The position numbers were made by a program, and so were the translations under genes. The notes under the pieces were generated by a model. It ran no database searches. It saw only the letters and a program-made list of their open reading frames with translations, and was not told where the DNA came from. Positions 19,579 to 28,502 of a stretch of 36,909 nt of DNA are shown here, one piece after another. The stretch covers positions 1 through 36,909 of IMG/VR virus record IMGVR_UViG_3300042997_001979; one strand, written 5' to 3'. This stretch comes from a virus (lineage: Duplodnaviria; Caudoviricetes). Within the stretch, counting starts at the first letter, position 1; every line of letters begins with the position of its first letter.

Positions 19579-20346
19579 ATGAATTTAGAAGAGAACATAC
19601 AAAGGATTAAACAAATGATGATTTCTGAGGAGATGGTACAATCTGATGCTTGGAAATCTTTAAAAAAGACATTAGATGTTCTTAAAAATAAGAAAAAAGT
19701 TTTACTATTAAGTTGTTCTAATAGACATAATTGGGACAAAGATAATATTGATATACCAAAATCTAAAATGATTGCGATGTATCTTAATGAAGAATTAGGT
19801 GATAAGTCAACATTAATAGATGTGCCTGAACTTAAGATATTTGCTTGTGAAGGTAACGTATCAAGAAAAGACGGAGATTCATGCGGAGTATTAAAAGCCA
19901 AACTAAAAGACAAAGATAAAAACCCTTCAGGTCATCACAGATGTTGGGCGAGTATCAATAACAAATCAGATGAACTTTGGAAAATATCCAAAGAACTATT
20001 TGAATCAGATGTTGTTATATTTTTTAGTTCGATAAGGTGGGGACAAGCAAATATGTATTACCAAAATCTAATTGAAAGACTTAATTGGGTTGAAAATAGA
20101 CATACAGTACATAATGAGTCTAACATAGTAAAAGATATTGAATCTGGTTATATTTGTACGGGGCATAACTGGAACGGAAGTAATGTTGTTGATTTACAAA
20201 AACAAGTCCATTCATTTTATGGATTCAAAGTAAACGATGATTTATATTGGAATTGGCAATACACTAAAGATGTTAATGACGAAAGTCAAAAGTCTTACAA
20301 AGACACATATAAAAAATTTATTAAAGACACTAAGATACCCGATTAA
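19579..20346 (+). CDS. Flavodoxin-like (WrbA/iron-sulfur flavoprotein/NADPH-FMN reductase family) protein
   Basis: VLLLSCSNR..S, LKIFACEG..C..RCW and DELWKISKELFESDVVIFFSSIRWG..LIERL motifs. Confidence 0.75.
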   Translation: MNLEENIQRIKQMMISEEMVQSDAWKSLKKTLDVLKNKKKVLLLSCSNRHNWDKDNIDIPKSKMIAMYLNEELGDKSTLIDVPELKIFACEGNVSRKDGDSCGVLKAKLKDKDKNPSGHHRCWASINNKSDELWKISKELFESDVVIFFSSIRWGQANMYYQNLIERLNWVENRHTVHNESNIVKDIESGYICTGHNWNGSNVVDLQKQVHSFYGFKVNDDLYWNWQYTKDVNDESQKSYKDTYKKFIKDTKIPD

Positions 20347-20639
20347 ATTAATTTCTGACTAGAAATATAATATATCCTATCTGACGCATACAGCCCTTTA
20401 TAGAAGGCTTGTTTCTTTTCCACTAACTTACTCATCTGTGATAAATGAGGCTTGTTTTTGATATCTATACCCACTAAGAATTGGCTCCCATGCTTTTCAT
20501 AGACTGTTTCCCTGATATATTTATCTTCATCATCCATTTTAAGGTACTTAATCATCTCATCTTTCTTGTTTTTACAAGAAATATTCCGCTCATCTATAAG
20601 TTTCTGTAAAACGTCTAATCTTAGATTTTCGTACTCCAT
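20343..20639 (-). CDS. Hypothetical protein with HeH/LEM-like N-terminus
   Basis: Probable ATG at 20639: MEYENLRLDVLQKLIDERNISCKNKKDEMIKYL. Confidence 0.6.
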   Translation of the reverse strand: MEYENLRLDVLQKLIDERNISCKNKKDEMIKYLKMDDEDKYIRETVYEKHGSQFLVGIDIKNKPHLSQMSKLVEKKQAFYKGLYASDRIYYISSQKLI

Positions 20640-20643
20640 AACA

Positions 20644-20673
20644 CAAAAATACAATTTTTTTTGAATTTCCAAA
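20644..20673 (-). promoter_or_regulatory. Bacteroidota-type housekeeping promoter (-33 TTTG / -7 TAnnTTTG)
   Basis: The - strand reads TTTG-N18-TATTTTTG, ending 4 nt before ATG 20639. Confidence 0.6.
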
Positions 20674-20698
20674 TATTTTTATTATTTTTATAAAAATT

Positions 20699-21109
20699 TT
20701 GTTTATGGAATATTGTAACGATTTTAGATCCGATTTGAAATTTGGGCAAGAAAATGAAAAAAGAATAGCCGAAAAAATATTTAACATACCTATTGAATCA
20801 ATTGAGGCTAAAGAAGATAAACTTGCAAATGCGACGGGTAACTTCTTTATTGAATATGAGAGTAGGGGTAAACCTAGCGGTATTTCAACAACCGAAGCCG
20901 ACGTTTGGTTTTATACGATATCAGAATCTCCCGGTGGATTATTCTTGTACACTAAAGAATTAAAAGAAATTGTTGAATTTTTAAAACCAACCCATACTAG
21001 GTTAGGTGGTGATGACAATACAAGTAAAGGTATTTTAATAAGTTTTACTGAATTTTTTAAAGTTAATATGAGAAGACATACTTTGCTTAAAAATTTAGCA
21101 AATAAATAA
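20699..21109 (+). CDS. Putative PD-(D/E)xK-like nuclease (ATG alternative at 20705)
   Basis: DLKFGQENE..IEAKED..TGNFFIEYESRGKPSGISTTEADVW is a common phage nuclease-like pattern. Confidence 0.55.
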   Translation: MFMEYCNDFRSDLKFGQENEKRIAEKIFNIPIESIEAKEDKLANATGNFFIEYESRGKPSGISTTEADVWFYTISESPGGLFLYTKELKEIVEFLKPTHTRLGGDDNTSKGILISFTEFFKVNMRRHTLLKNLANK

Positions 21110-21112
21110 AAC

Positions 21113-21143
21113 AAAAAACCCCCGATTGCTCGAGGGTTTTTTT
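21113..21143 (-). terminator. Rho-independent terminator of major capsid gene (possibly bidirectional)
   Basis: The - strand reads AAACCCTCGA-GCAA-TCGGGGGTTTTTT, with T tracts on both strands. Confidence 0.85.
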
Positions 21144-21159
21144 ATGATGAATCCTAAGA

Positions 21160-22896
21160 TTATCTTAAAGTATCCAAATTGAATGTAGTAATACCTTTAC
21201 ATGTAATTACACCGAAGTAACGGTTGTTCACCATTTTCTTTGCGTAACGAGTCATGATACCTTTGATAGGAGTCATTGTAAAAGGATTGTACATTGTTGG
21301 AGTTAACTGTAAAGGTACATATGGTGCGTAGATATAACCAGCATCCAATAATGATTTACCTTTATGTCCAATCAAGATTTTGTTAGCAGGGAAGTAAGGA
21401 TCACGATATACTTGGTATCTTCCACCTAATGTACCGATTTTCTCAATACCCATGTTGTACTGATCTTGATCTGGTTGTGCGTTTGAAACGTGGAAATACT
21501 CCAAGTCATCAAATACAGCTGAAACTTCTGAAGAAACAACTAACCAGTTTGCACCTCCACGTAATGTGGTTTTATGAATTTGAGCAGAAATTTGGTTAAC
21601 TTTTGTAACCAATGTTTGGTTCCAATCTTTTTGTGTGTAACCTTGTAAAGTTGCACCACCGTTTCCACCATATTTCCATTCGTTGTAATCCCATTTAGCA
21701 GTCCAAGCCGCACCTTTACGTAAATCACGTAAGATTTCGCGATCAACTTCTGCAGCGATTTGCTCAGATAATAAAGCTGTTAATTCAGCTTCAGCATCGA
21801 TATTGTGGAATGCACTAACGTCTTGAGCCAATTCAGGAGACCATGTAGCTCTTAATTTTCTTTCAGTTACAGAAACTGTTACTGATTGTAAATCAAAAGA
21901 TACTTCACCGATTTGGTCTTCAAATTCTAAAGTGTCATAAACACGATAAGTTAAAGCGAAGTCATCTAAAGCAGTAGTGTTAGCTAATACAACATTACTA
22001 AATCCTGCAGTTGCAGAGTAGTTTTGCATATCAACTTGGATATACATTGTACCTTCTTGATCCACAGTATCTTGGTAATATCTACCTGAAGGGTAGTTAT
22101 TTGTTGTTTGTTTAGAACCGTATTCAACGATACCTTTACCGTACTTTTGAGTAACGATATTAAAGTTACGAGAAACACCAGTGTGAGTAACAACAGCAGA
22201 AGCTAAAAATTCTTCTGTATCCATTGCGTTACCATTTGGTCCGATTAATTTACCTTCACCATCTTTAGTGAAACCTGTAATTTTTAAAATTAAACTAGCG
22301 TTACTTGATGCACCTGTGATTGCAGATAATGCCACATTTGAAGTTGCACCATTGCTGAATGTAACGATGTTAACTGGATTTAAAGTTACAGATGAATATT
22401 GTCCTTTAGAGTAATCGAAAAGTCCTGTATCAGGGCTATTTCCATCTCCATTGTCATTCTCATAAAATCTGTCATAAAGGTTATTACCAGTATATCCAGT
22501 TGTAGGATCTGTTGCAGTGTCAGGGAAACCATAAGGATGGTAGTGAGCACCTGCATTTCTTTCCTGAATTTTAGGAATGAAGAAGAATAATTTACCAATT
22601 GGTAAGTTCATAGCTTGTACAGACACGATGTCGTTAGCTAATAATTTAGAGAATACACGACGGATAATTGGGAAAACTACAGTCTCAAATGAACCAGAAG
22701 AATCAGCTACAGCTGCTTCGTTGATTAAGTGTGACGCTTGGTTTTCGTACAATTGCGCGATGTTATCTTTTTGGTGACCGTCTAGACCTTCTAAGAATCC
22801 TAGTTCGTCCCATTTTTTGATGGTATCTTCTTTGATAACTCTAAGGTGTTTTAACCCGATGTTACCAACCATACCGCTTTCTAATAATGCTCCCAT
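21160..22896 (-). CDS. Major capsid protein (T4 gp23-like)
   Basis: PIIRRVF..DIVSVQAMNLPIGKLFF, RKLRATWSPELAQDVSAFHNIDAEAELTALLSEQIAAEVDREI, DAGYIYAPYVPL and KGIMTRY motifs. Confidence 0.97.
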   Translation of the reverse strand: MGALLESGMVGNIGLKHLRVIKEDTIKKWDELGFLEGLDGHQKDNIAQLYENQASHLINEAAVADSSGSFETVVFPIIRRVFSKLLANDIVSVQAMNLPIGKLFFFIPKIQERNAGAHYHPYGFPDTATDPTTGYTGNNLYDRFYENDNGDGNSPDTGLFDYSKGQYSSVTLNPVNIVTFSNGATSNVALSAITGASSNASLILKITGFTKDGEGKLIGPNGNAMDTEEFLASAVVTHTGVSRNFNIVTQKYGKGIVEYGSKQTTNNYPSGRYYQDTVDQEGTMYIQVDMQNYSATAGFSNVVLANTTALDDFALTYRVYDTLEFEDQIGEVSFDLQSVTVSVTERKLRATWSPELAQDVSAFHNIDAEAELTALLSEQIAAEVDREILRDLRKGAAWTAKWDYNEWKYGGNGGATLQGYTQKDWNQTLVTKVNQISAQIHKTTLRGGANWLVVSSEVSAVFDDLEYFHVSNAQPDQDQYNMGIEKIGTLGGRYQVYRDPYFPANKILIGHKGKSLLDAGYIYAPYVPLQLTPTMYNPFTMTPIKGIMTRYAKKMVNNRYFGVITCKGITTFNLDTLR

Positions 22897-22922
22897 GTTT
22901 TAGTATTTTGTTTTTTAATTTA

Positions 22923-24332
22923 TTATTTTATTTTACTCATCAAATCTTTCATTCTTTTAAATTGAGGATTCTCGTAAGCCTTAGCTTCAGATAAAACCTC
23001 AGTCGATGAAGTTGATGGAGTGTTAGAGATTTTTGTTGCTACTGATTCGGTTACTGTTGTTTTATTACCTAATTCAGATGCAATTGAATTATATAAGCCT
23101 TTAGACTCATTTAATGAAGAAACTGTATCAAATCTCTTTAATATGCTCAATTTCTCTTGTTTTGTTGTTGAATGTTCAGTAAACAAACGTGTAGCATAAG
23201 CTAAGTTTGCATTAAACACAGCAACTTCATTTAGTTTATCTTTAAATAACACTAACGCCTTTTTATATTCAGCATTTTGTTTCTTCAAAGTTTCAACTTC
23301 TTCGTTGATAGACCCAGAACCTGCTTTATACATCTTTTTAGATTTTAAACCTGCTCTGTCTTGTCCACCTTTATCTCCGTGTACGTTAGATTTAGTTCTT
23401 GCAGCCTCAGCTACTTCTTCCTCTTCTTCGCCCACTTCTACTTTCTTAGGATTTTTCAAACCAGGAAGAGCTTCCTCTTTTGGTTCTACTTTCTTAGGAT
23501 TTTTCAAACCAGGAAGAGCTTCCTCTTTTGGTTCTACTTTCTTAGGATTTTTCAAACCAGGAAGAGCTTCCTCTTTTGGTTCTACTTTCTTAGGCTTACC
23601 TAAACCCTTAAGTGCAGCTTCATTAATATCCTCATCATTTAAATCGATTTCAAAAATGGTTTCTTCGTCCATTGAATCTTCTTCTTCCATAGGAGTTTCT
23701 TCTTCCATGTAAGAACCTTCTTCTTCCATAGGAGTTTCTTCTTCCATGTAAGAACCTTCTTCAATCTCAGACTCTTCGTCATCAAGTTTAATGATATATT
23801 CATCTTCTCCGTCGCCGAATTCGATATCATTTCCGTCTTTTTTAACTACAATACCATCTTCTGGTTTCATAGCTTTGAATACTTTAAGAACTTCATCGTC
23901 TGAAGCACCTGTCATATCCATAACGTCATCGTCACCCATTCCATCTTCTAAACTAGGTTCTTCAGTACTCATATCATCATCCATAGATGAATCATCGAAT
24001 TCGTCATCCCCCATTTCAGAATCTAAAGAATCGATTCCTTTTTCTGTTTCGTCGTCGTTATCAAGGTTGTCTACATCTTCGTCATCAGAAGCTACAGCGT
24101 CGTCTTCGTCGTCTGTTTCATCTTGTTCTGAAGTATCGTCTTTTTCCTTTTCATTAGAATCCACCTCATCCATTGGTAAAGGTGTCTCCTCTTCTTCCAT
24201 AGATTCTTTAAGCAAGTCGCTTAGTTCTTGTTTCATAGTTGAAGCAAGTATACCTTTTGCATTGTGCTTAACTGCTTCTTCAAGAGTTTGTACTTGAAGT
24301 AACGCTTGTTCTAAAATTGATTTTTCGCTCAT
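22923..24332 (-). CDS. Prohead core scaffold protein (T4 gp22-like)
   Basis: Highly acidic, coiled-coil ends, many L/I-x-E sites; lies between protease and MCP. Confidence 0.8.
   Translation of the reverse strand: MSEKSILEQALLQVQTLEEAVKHNAKGILASTMKQELSDLLKESMEEEETPLPMDEVDSNEKEKDDTSEQDETDDEDDAVASDDEDVDNLDNDDETEKGIDSLDSEMGDDEFDDSSMDDDMSTEEPSLEDGMGDDDVMDMTGASDDEVLKVFKAMKPEDGIVVKKDGNDIEFGDGEDEYIIKLDDEESEIEEGSYMEEETPMEEEGSYMEEETPMEEEDSMDEETIFEIDLNDEDINEAALKGLGKPKKVEPKEEALPGLKNPKKVEPKEEALPGLKNPKKVEPKEEALPGLKNPKKVEVGEEEEEVAEAARTKSNVHGDKGGQDRAGLKSKKMYKAGSGSINEEVETLKKQNAEYKKALVLFKDKLNEVAVFNANLAYATRLFTEHSTTKQEKLSILKRFDTVSSLNESKGLYNSIASELGNKTTVTESVATKISNTPSTSSTEVLSEAKAYENPQFKRMKDLMSKIK
23436..23594 (-). 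repeat. Perfect 48-bp tandem repeat x3.3 (KVEPKEEALPGLKNPK)
   Basis: Identical units start at 23436, 23484 and 23532, with a partial unit at 23580. Confidence 0.95.
23678..23762 (-). repeat. 39-bp tandem repeat x2 (EEGSYMEEETPME)
   Basis: Identical units start at 23678 and 23717. Confidence 0.9.
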
Positions 24333-24419
24333 TTGGAAAGTTTTGTTTTTATTACCTAATAAATAGTATCAAAAATGGAAAAATTCACCATTTAGATATT
24401 ATAATCGGTATTTTATTAA

Positions 24420-25106
24420 TTATTTGGATAAAAAAGTATCTAATTTACCCATTAGTTTTTTCATTCTGTTATCAATCATTGGTTTTTCTACCTCTACTGA
24501 TTCTTGATAGTTATCTCTTTCAGATGGATCGCTGAAGATGTATGCACCCGGCGTAGATGGGGAAGAAACTAAATCAAAGCACACTAACTCAAAGTCTTCT
24601 TGCACAACGTTTTCACCCTTAATCTGTTTTAATGAACCAACGCCGCGAGAAGAGATGCCAAGTGTAGCTCCGTTCATAATTAACATTGCCGCTTGATCAC
24701 CTTTCGTCGATACAATACCCATTTTCTTCCAACCTGGAGATGTAAATAATTTAATTTTGCCCATTAACATTCTTCCATCCCACCATGTTTCTAAAATTGA
24801 ATGGGAAACTCTGTCTAAGTCTATTAAGGAAGATGATGGATGATTTAATTCGTTAAGGGCGCCGCCTTTTCTGATTACACTTTGATACTTTTCGTTTTCT
24901 CTTTTAAGTATTGCTTCCGGATAGGTTCTGCCGTTTTTGTTCGGTGTATCGTATTTTTGTAAAACAGCAAAAAGGATAAGGTCTTTAGAAAAGTCCATAT
25001 CCTTCATTTCTGCTATAATTTGCTTATTGTCGTCTGGAGATACGTGTCCTGCGTCGTATTCGATTAAAATTCCACGTCCAGTTTCTTTTGGTCCTAATAC
25101 CTTCAT
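24420..25106 (-). CDS. Prohead protease (T4 gp21-like)
   Basis: NKNGRTYP, ELNHP, GISSRGVGS and FDLVSSPSTPGA motifs. Confidence 0.95.
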   Translation of the reverse strand: MKVLGPKETGRGILIEYDAGHVSPDDNKQIIAEMKDMDFSKDLILFAVLQKYDTPNKNGRTYPEAILKRENEKYQSVIRKGGALNELNHPSSSLIDLDRVSHSILETWWDGRMLMGKIKLFTSPGWKKMGIVSTKGDQAAMLIMNGATLGISSRGVGSLKQIKGENVVQEDFELVCFDLVSSPSTPGAYIFSDPSERDNYQESVEVEKPMIDNRMKKLMGKLDTFLSK

Positions 25107-25144
25107 TTATAGTTTTTATTACTATAAATACATCAATATATTAG

Positions 25145-25570
25145 TTATTTCTTCGTTTTGTAAAAATTGAATAACATTTTGTCAGATAAGCCAACATCTA
25201 CAATATTTTCACCCAAGTCTTTTATAAACGTTTTTAATTCTTTTGATTTTACATCAAATTGTTTTTCAACATATAATGTAACCTCCAAATTCATAAAAGA
25301 ACGTTTTTCAAGTTTAATACCTTTCGTTCTTATATCTAAATCAACAATAGATTGTTGCTTAAAATATGGATTTTTTAAATTGTAGATGATTTCTTTAATC
25401 CTTCTTCTCGACTTATGTATTGTCGAATTAAAATCTTCAGTTTCGTTTTCGGGTTGTACCCAAGTGTTTATTTTTAAATAAATGGTTTTTAAATTTTTAA
25501 AATCTACGGTACCATAACCCATTTTTACTTCATTGTATGTTCCTAACGGAATATACTTACCAATTTTCAT
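25145..25570 (-). CDS. Hypothetical protein in head module
   Basis: 141-aa ORF with an AT-rich promoter-like region upstream. Confidence 0.75.
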   Translation of the reverse strand: MKIGKYIPLGTYNEVKMGYGTVDFKNLKTIYLKINTWVQPENETEDFNSTIHKSRRRIKEIIYNLKNPYFKQQSIVDLDIRTKGIKLEKRSFMNLEVTLYVEKQFDVKSKELKTFIKDLGENIVDVGLSDKMLFNFYKTKK

Positions 25571-25675
25571 TAATTTTTCATATTATTTTTATTTTATGGT
25601 GCTTTATAAAAAATAAAGAAAAAAATCTAGATTTCCAAAAATATTTTGTTATATTTGTAATATATTTATTTATAT

Positions 25676-25867
25676 ATGATTATAATTGATTTATCGAAAG
25701 AAAAAACTATTGAAAGTGCTTTAAGAACTTATAAAAGTAAAATTCAAAAAACAAAGCAAATTCAAAAATTAAGAGCAAGACAAGAATTTGTTAAACCCTC
25801 AGTAAAAAAACGTGCACAGAAATTAAAAGCTGTATATGTACAACAAAAAAGAAATGGACTTAGTTAA
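25676..25867 (+). CDS. rpsU: Phage-encoded 30S ribosomal protein bS21
   Basis: 63 aa: IESALRTYKSK..LRARQEFVKPSVKKR..KAVY(54)VQ, a Bacteroidota-type bS21 pattern. Confidence 0.92.
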   Translation: MIIIDLSKEKTIESALRTYKSKIQKTKQIQKLRARQEFVKPSVKKRAQKLKAVYVQQKRNGLS

Positions 25868-25878
25868 GTCCATTTTTT
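25845..25878. terminator. Bidirectional hairpin overlapping two convergent stop codons
   Basis: AAATGGACTTA-GT-TAAGTCCATTT perfect inverted repeat flanked by A and T tracts. Confidence 0.7.
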
Positions 25879-26597
25879 AATTCAATTAATCTGTAATAGT
25901 TATACCTTGTTGGGAACATTCCCGTAACTTCTTCTTTGACTTTATTTAATTTAGTTAGTAAATCCGAATCTTTAGATTCGTTAATTAAACTTGTAACTTG
26001 TGTTGTAATAGATTCTTTTAATTCTGTTGTTTTACCAATTAATTCATCATAAGGTAATGAAAGAATATTTTTTAATTCATCTTTTTCAGATTCAGATAAT
26101 GTGTTAGAGTATAATACGTTAAAATTGTTTGCTAAAACAGCATTTAATAAAGTTTCATTAGGTACTAATGTAGCGTCTTTTGATTCTGTAATTTCTTTTT
26201 TAGTTGTTAAATGTTCTACTAATTTTTTCTTTGCCTTTACCTTTTTTTCTATGTTTGATAGGCTATCGTTTTCAATTAAAATATCTAATGAATTATAAAT
26301 TTCATTTTCACTAATAGCTTCTACATTTATTAATTTATCTAATGATGTACAAAAGTTAGATATTTCATCCATTTGTTGTTTTAAAATACCCGCAACTCCC
26401 TCAACATACAATTGAGCCGTTTCTTTGTCATCGATATATTTGTTTTCAATTTCTTCATAAAACAAATACATTTCTTTAAAGTTTTTGTTTTCTTTAATTG
26501 TTGTTAAAACATTTTTAATCTCAGCTTTATTTTCATTAGCATAAGATTCAGTTAATTTATTTAATAATTTACTTTTTATTACTCCAAATTTTTTCAT
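25860..26597 (-). CDS. Hypothetical protein downstream of portal (possible prohead core component)
   Basis: 245 aa, helical, with LTES/ITES/INES sites. Confidence 0.65.
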   Translation of the reverse strand: MKKFGVIKSKLLNKLTESYANENKAEIKNVLTTIKENKNFKEMYLFYEEIENKYIDDKETAQLYVEGVAGILKQQMDEISNFCTSLDKLINVEAISENEIYNSLDILIENDSLSNIEKKVKAKKKLVEHLTTKKEITESKDATLVPNETLLNAVLANNFNVLYSNTLSESEKDELKNILSLPYDELIGKTTELKESITTQVTSLINESKDSDLLTKLNKVKEEVTGMFPTRYNYYRLIELKNGLN

Positions 26598-26601
26598 TTT
26601 C

Positions 26602-28449
26602 TTAATCGTTTAAAATATCTTTTAATTTTACTTCCATTTCATAAATACTATCTTGTGCACGTTTCATATCAACTACGTTTCCAAAATCTATTGGATCTTC
26701 ATCAAGTATTTCTGATAAGTTTCTTTTTTTCTTTTTTGATTCACTTAATGGTGCTTCACCACCACCTGTTTCACCACCCGCTGCCGGTGCAGGAGCCGCA
26801 CTCATTGTATCCATAGCTCCTCCACCTCCACCTGCGTCACCGCCCGCTGCGAGTGCCCCTGAAGCCTCTAATTTTTCTCTTTCTTCCTCAGGTATACCAT
26901 ATTTAGAATCCACTTCATCGAACACACCTGAACGTTTAATGATACTTGCTGTAGCTGTTAACTCAGCACCAATACCTCTCTCTAAACGTTGTTGTTGTAA
27001 ATCTAACAATACCTCACTATCACTAAATCCAAGAATGTTTTTCTTAGCCCATGTATGTGACACAGGTAGAATACCAATTTGTGATTGATCTGAAGTGGCG
27101 TCTTTATACAATGTGATTTTTTCTTTCCACATTTCAATCTTTAATAAGTCAGATTGCGAAGATGGGTTAGTTAACGATAAACTAAAATTATTTAATTCGT
27201 CTTCCATACCTAAAAGGTATAAATGAATTAAAGCAACTTTATTTAACTCTTGTATTAACGACTTTTGTATTTTATTAATTGTTCTAGCAAAACGAATATC
27301 CATTAATGCAAGATTCTTTCCGTCACCAACAACCTCTTCAAATCCTAAAAATGCTTTAGGAATACGAAGTGCTGCTAACATTTTCTTTTGAATATATTCA
27401 ATATCAGCAATCTCACCTAAATTTTGTGCGCCCGGTAAAGTTTCAATTGGCATTGTTTGTGATGGATCACGAACAGGAACAAAATAATCCTGATCAACAG
27501 CCATTTGATTATAACGCATATCTACCTGTCCATTAGATGGATCAGATATTGGTTGTCTTTTAAATTTGTTTGCAACTTTTTGTACATATGGTTCAATGTC
27601 TTTATCATCCATATTACCGACGAATATCTTGAATACACGTCTTTCAGGTGCTCTTGATGTTCTATAAATTAACATAGCATCTTCAGCAAGTAAAAGTTGT
27701 TTCCAAATTCTTCTAATCTTATCCAACATAGAAGTACCATATGGTAACTTTCTATCGTCACCCAATAATCTAAAGTGTGCAACTTCCCACGCTTGGAATT
27801 CTAAATCTTTATTCTTCCATTGAAATCTTAATTCACGTGTTGGTATTTTAATATTATCTCTTTGATTGCTTGTTTTACTCGACGCACCTTCAATTCTTTC
27901 TATTTCAATATTAGGTAATTGTTGACAACCAATAATTCCCTTTTCAGGATCTAACTTTAAATAAACAAAATCATCACCATACTTACATAACCCACGAGCC
28001 CACATTTGTAGATTGGTGTTGATATCTAATTTTTGATGAAATAATTCGGTTAATATTTTTACAATCCTATCCGATTCAGAGTAGATTGTTAAAATCTCAC
28101 CTTTTTCAGACATAGTAGTTGACTCTTCAGCGTATATGTCTAATGCTGCTGATATCTCTGGTGTAAATTCCATTGACTCATAATCATAATATGCTGCTAA
28201 CCTTGTAGGTTCGTAGTATACTGATTGATTATAAAGTGACTGATCTAATTTAGCCCACTTGTCGGAAATAAACTGACTCTGTTGAGCCTGTAACATTGCC
28301 TTTTCATATTCTTCTCTACTGTCGGTTCTTAATAATTCGTCTTTACTAAAATTAAAAGACGGTGTATTAGTCTGTTTTACTTGCCCAGGGAAGCCAAACA
28401 TTTTTGTTAGCTTCTGAAAAACAGTAGGATTGCTAGGATTTTGTGCCAT
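26602..28449 (-). CDS. Portal protein (T4 gp20-like)
   Basis: PEISAALDIYAEE, QLLLAEDAMLIYRTSRAPERRVFKIFVGN and IETLPGAQNLGEIADIEY..LRIP motifs. Confidence 0.96.
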   Translation of the reverse strand: MAQNPSNPTVFQKLTKMFGFPGQVKQTNTPSFNFSKDELLRTDSREEYEKAMLQAQQSQFISDKWAKLDQSLYNQSVYYEPTRLAAYYDYESMEFTPEISAALDIYAEESTTMSEKGEILTIYSESDRIVKILTELFHQKLDINTNLQMWARGLCKYGDDFVYLKLDPEKGIIGCQQLPNIEIERIEGASSKTSNQRDNIKIPTRELRFQWKNKDLEFQAWEVAHFRLLGDDRKLPYGTSMLDKIRRIWKQLLLAEDAMLIYRTSRAPERRVFKIFVGNMDDKDIEPYVQKVANKFKRQPISDPSNGQVDMRYNQMAVDQDYFVPVRDPSQTMPIETLPGAQNLGEIADIEYIQKKMLAALRIPKAFLGFEEVVGDGKNLALMDIRFARTINKIQKSLIQELNKVALIHLYLLGMEDELNNFSLSLTNPSSQSDLLKIEMWKEKITLYKDATSDQSQIGILPVSHTWAKKNILGFSDSEVLLDLQQQRLERGIGAELTATASIIKRSGVFDEVDSKYGIPEEEREKLEASGALAAGGDAGGGGGAMDTMSAAPAPAAGGETGGGEAPLSESKKKKRNLSEILDEDPIDFGNVVDMKRAQDSIYEMEVKLKDILND

Positions 28450-28502
28450 GTATATAAATACTTTTCTTTATAATATAAACTAATTTTTTAACATTTCAAA
28501 GG

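Noticed and set aside
23436-23594. 48-bp repeats as a CRISPR array
   Set aside because: Head-to-tail with no spacers, in frame within the scaffold CDS, and no cas genes nearby.
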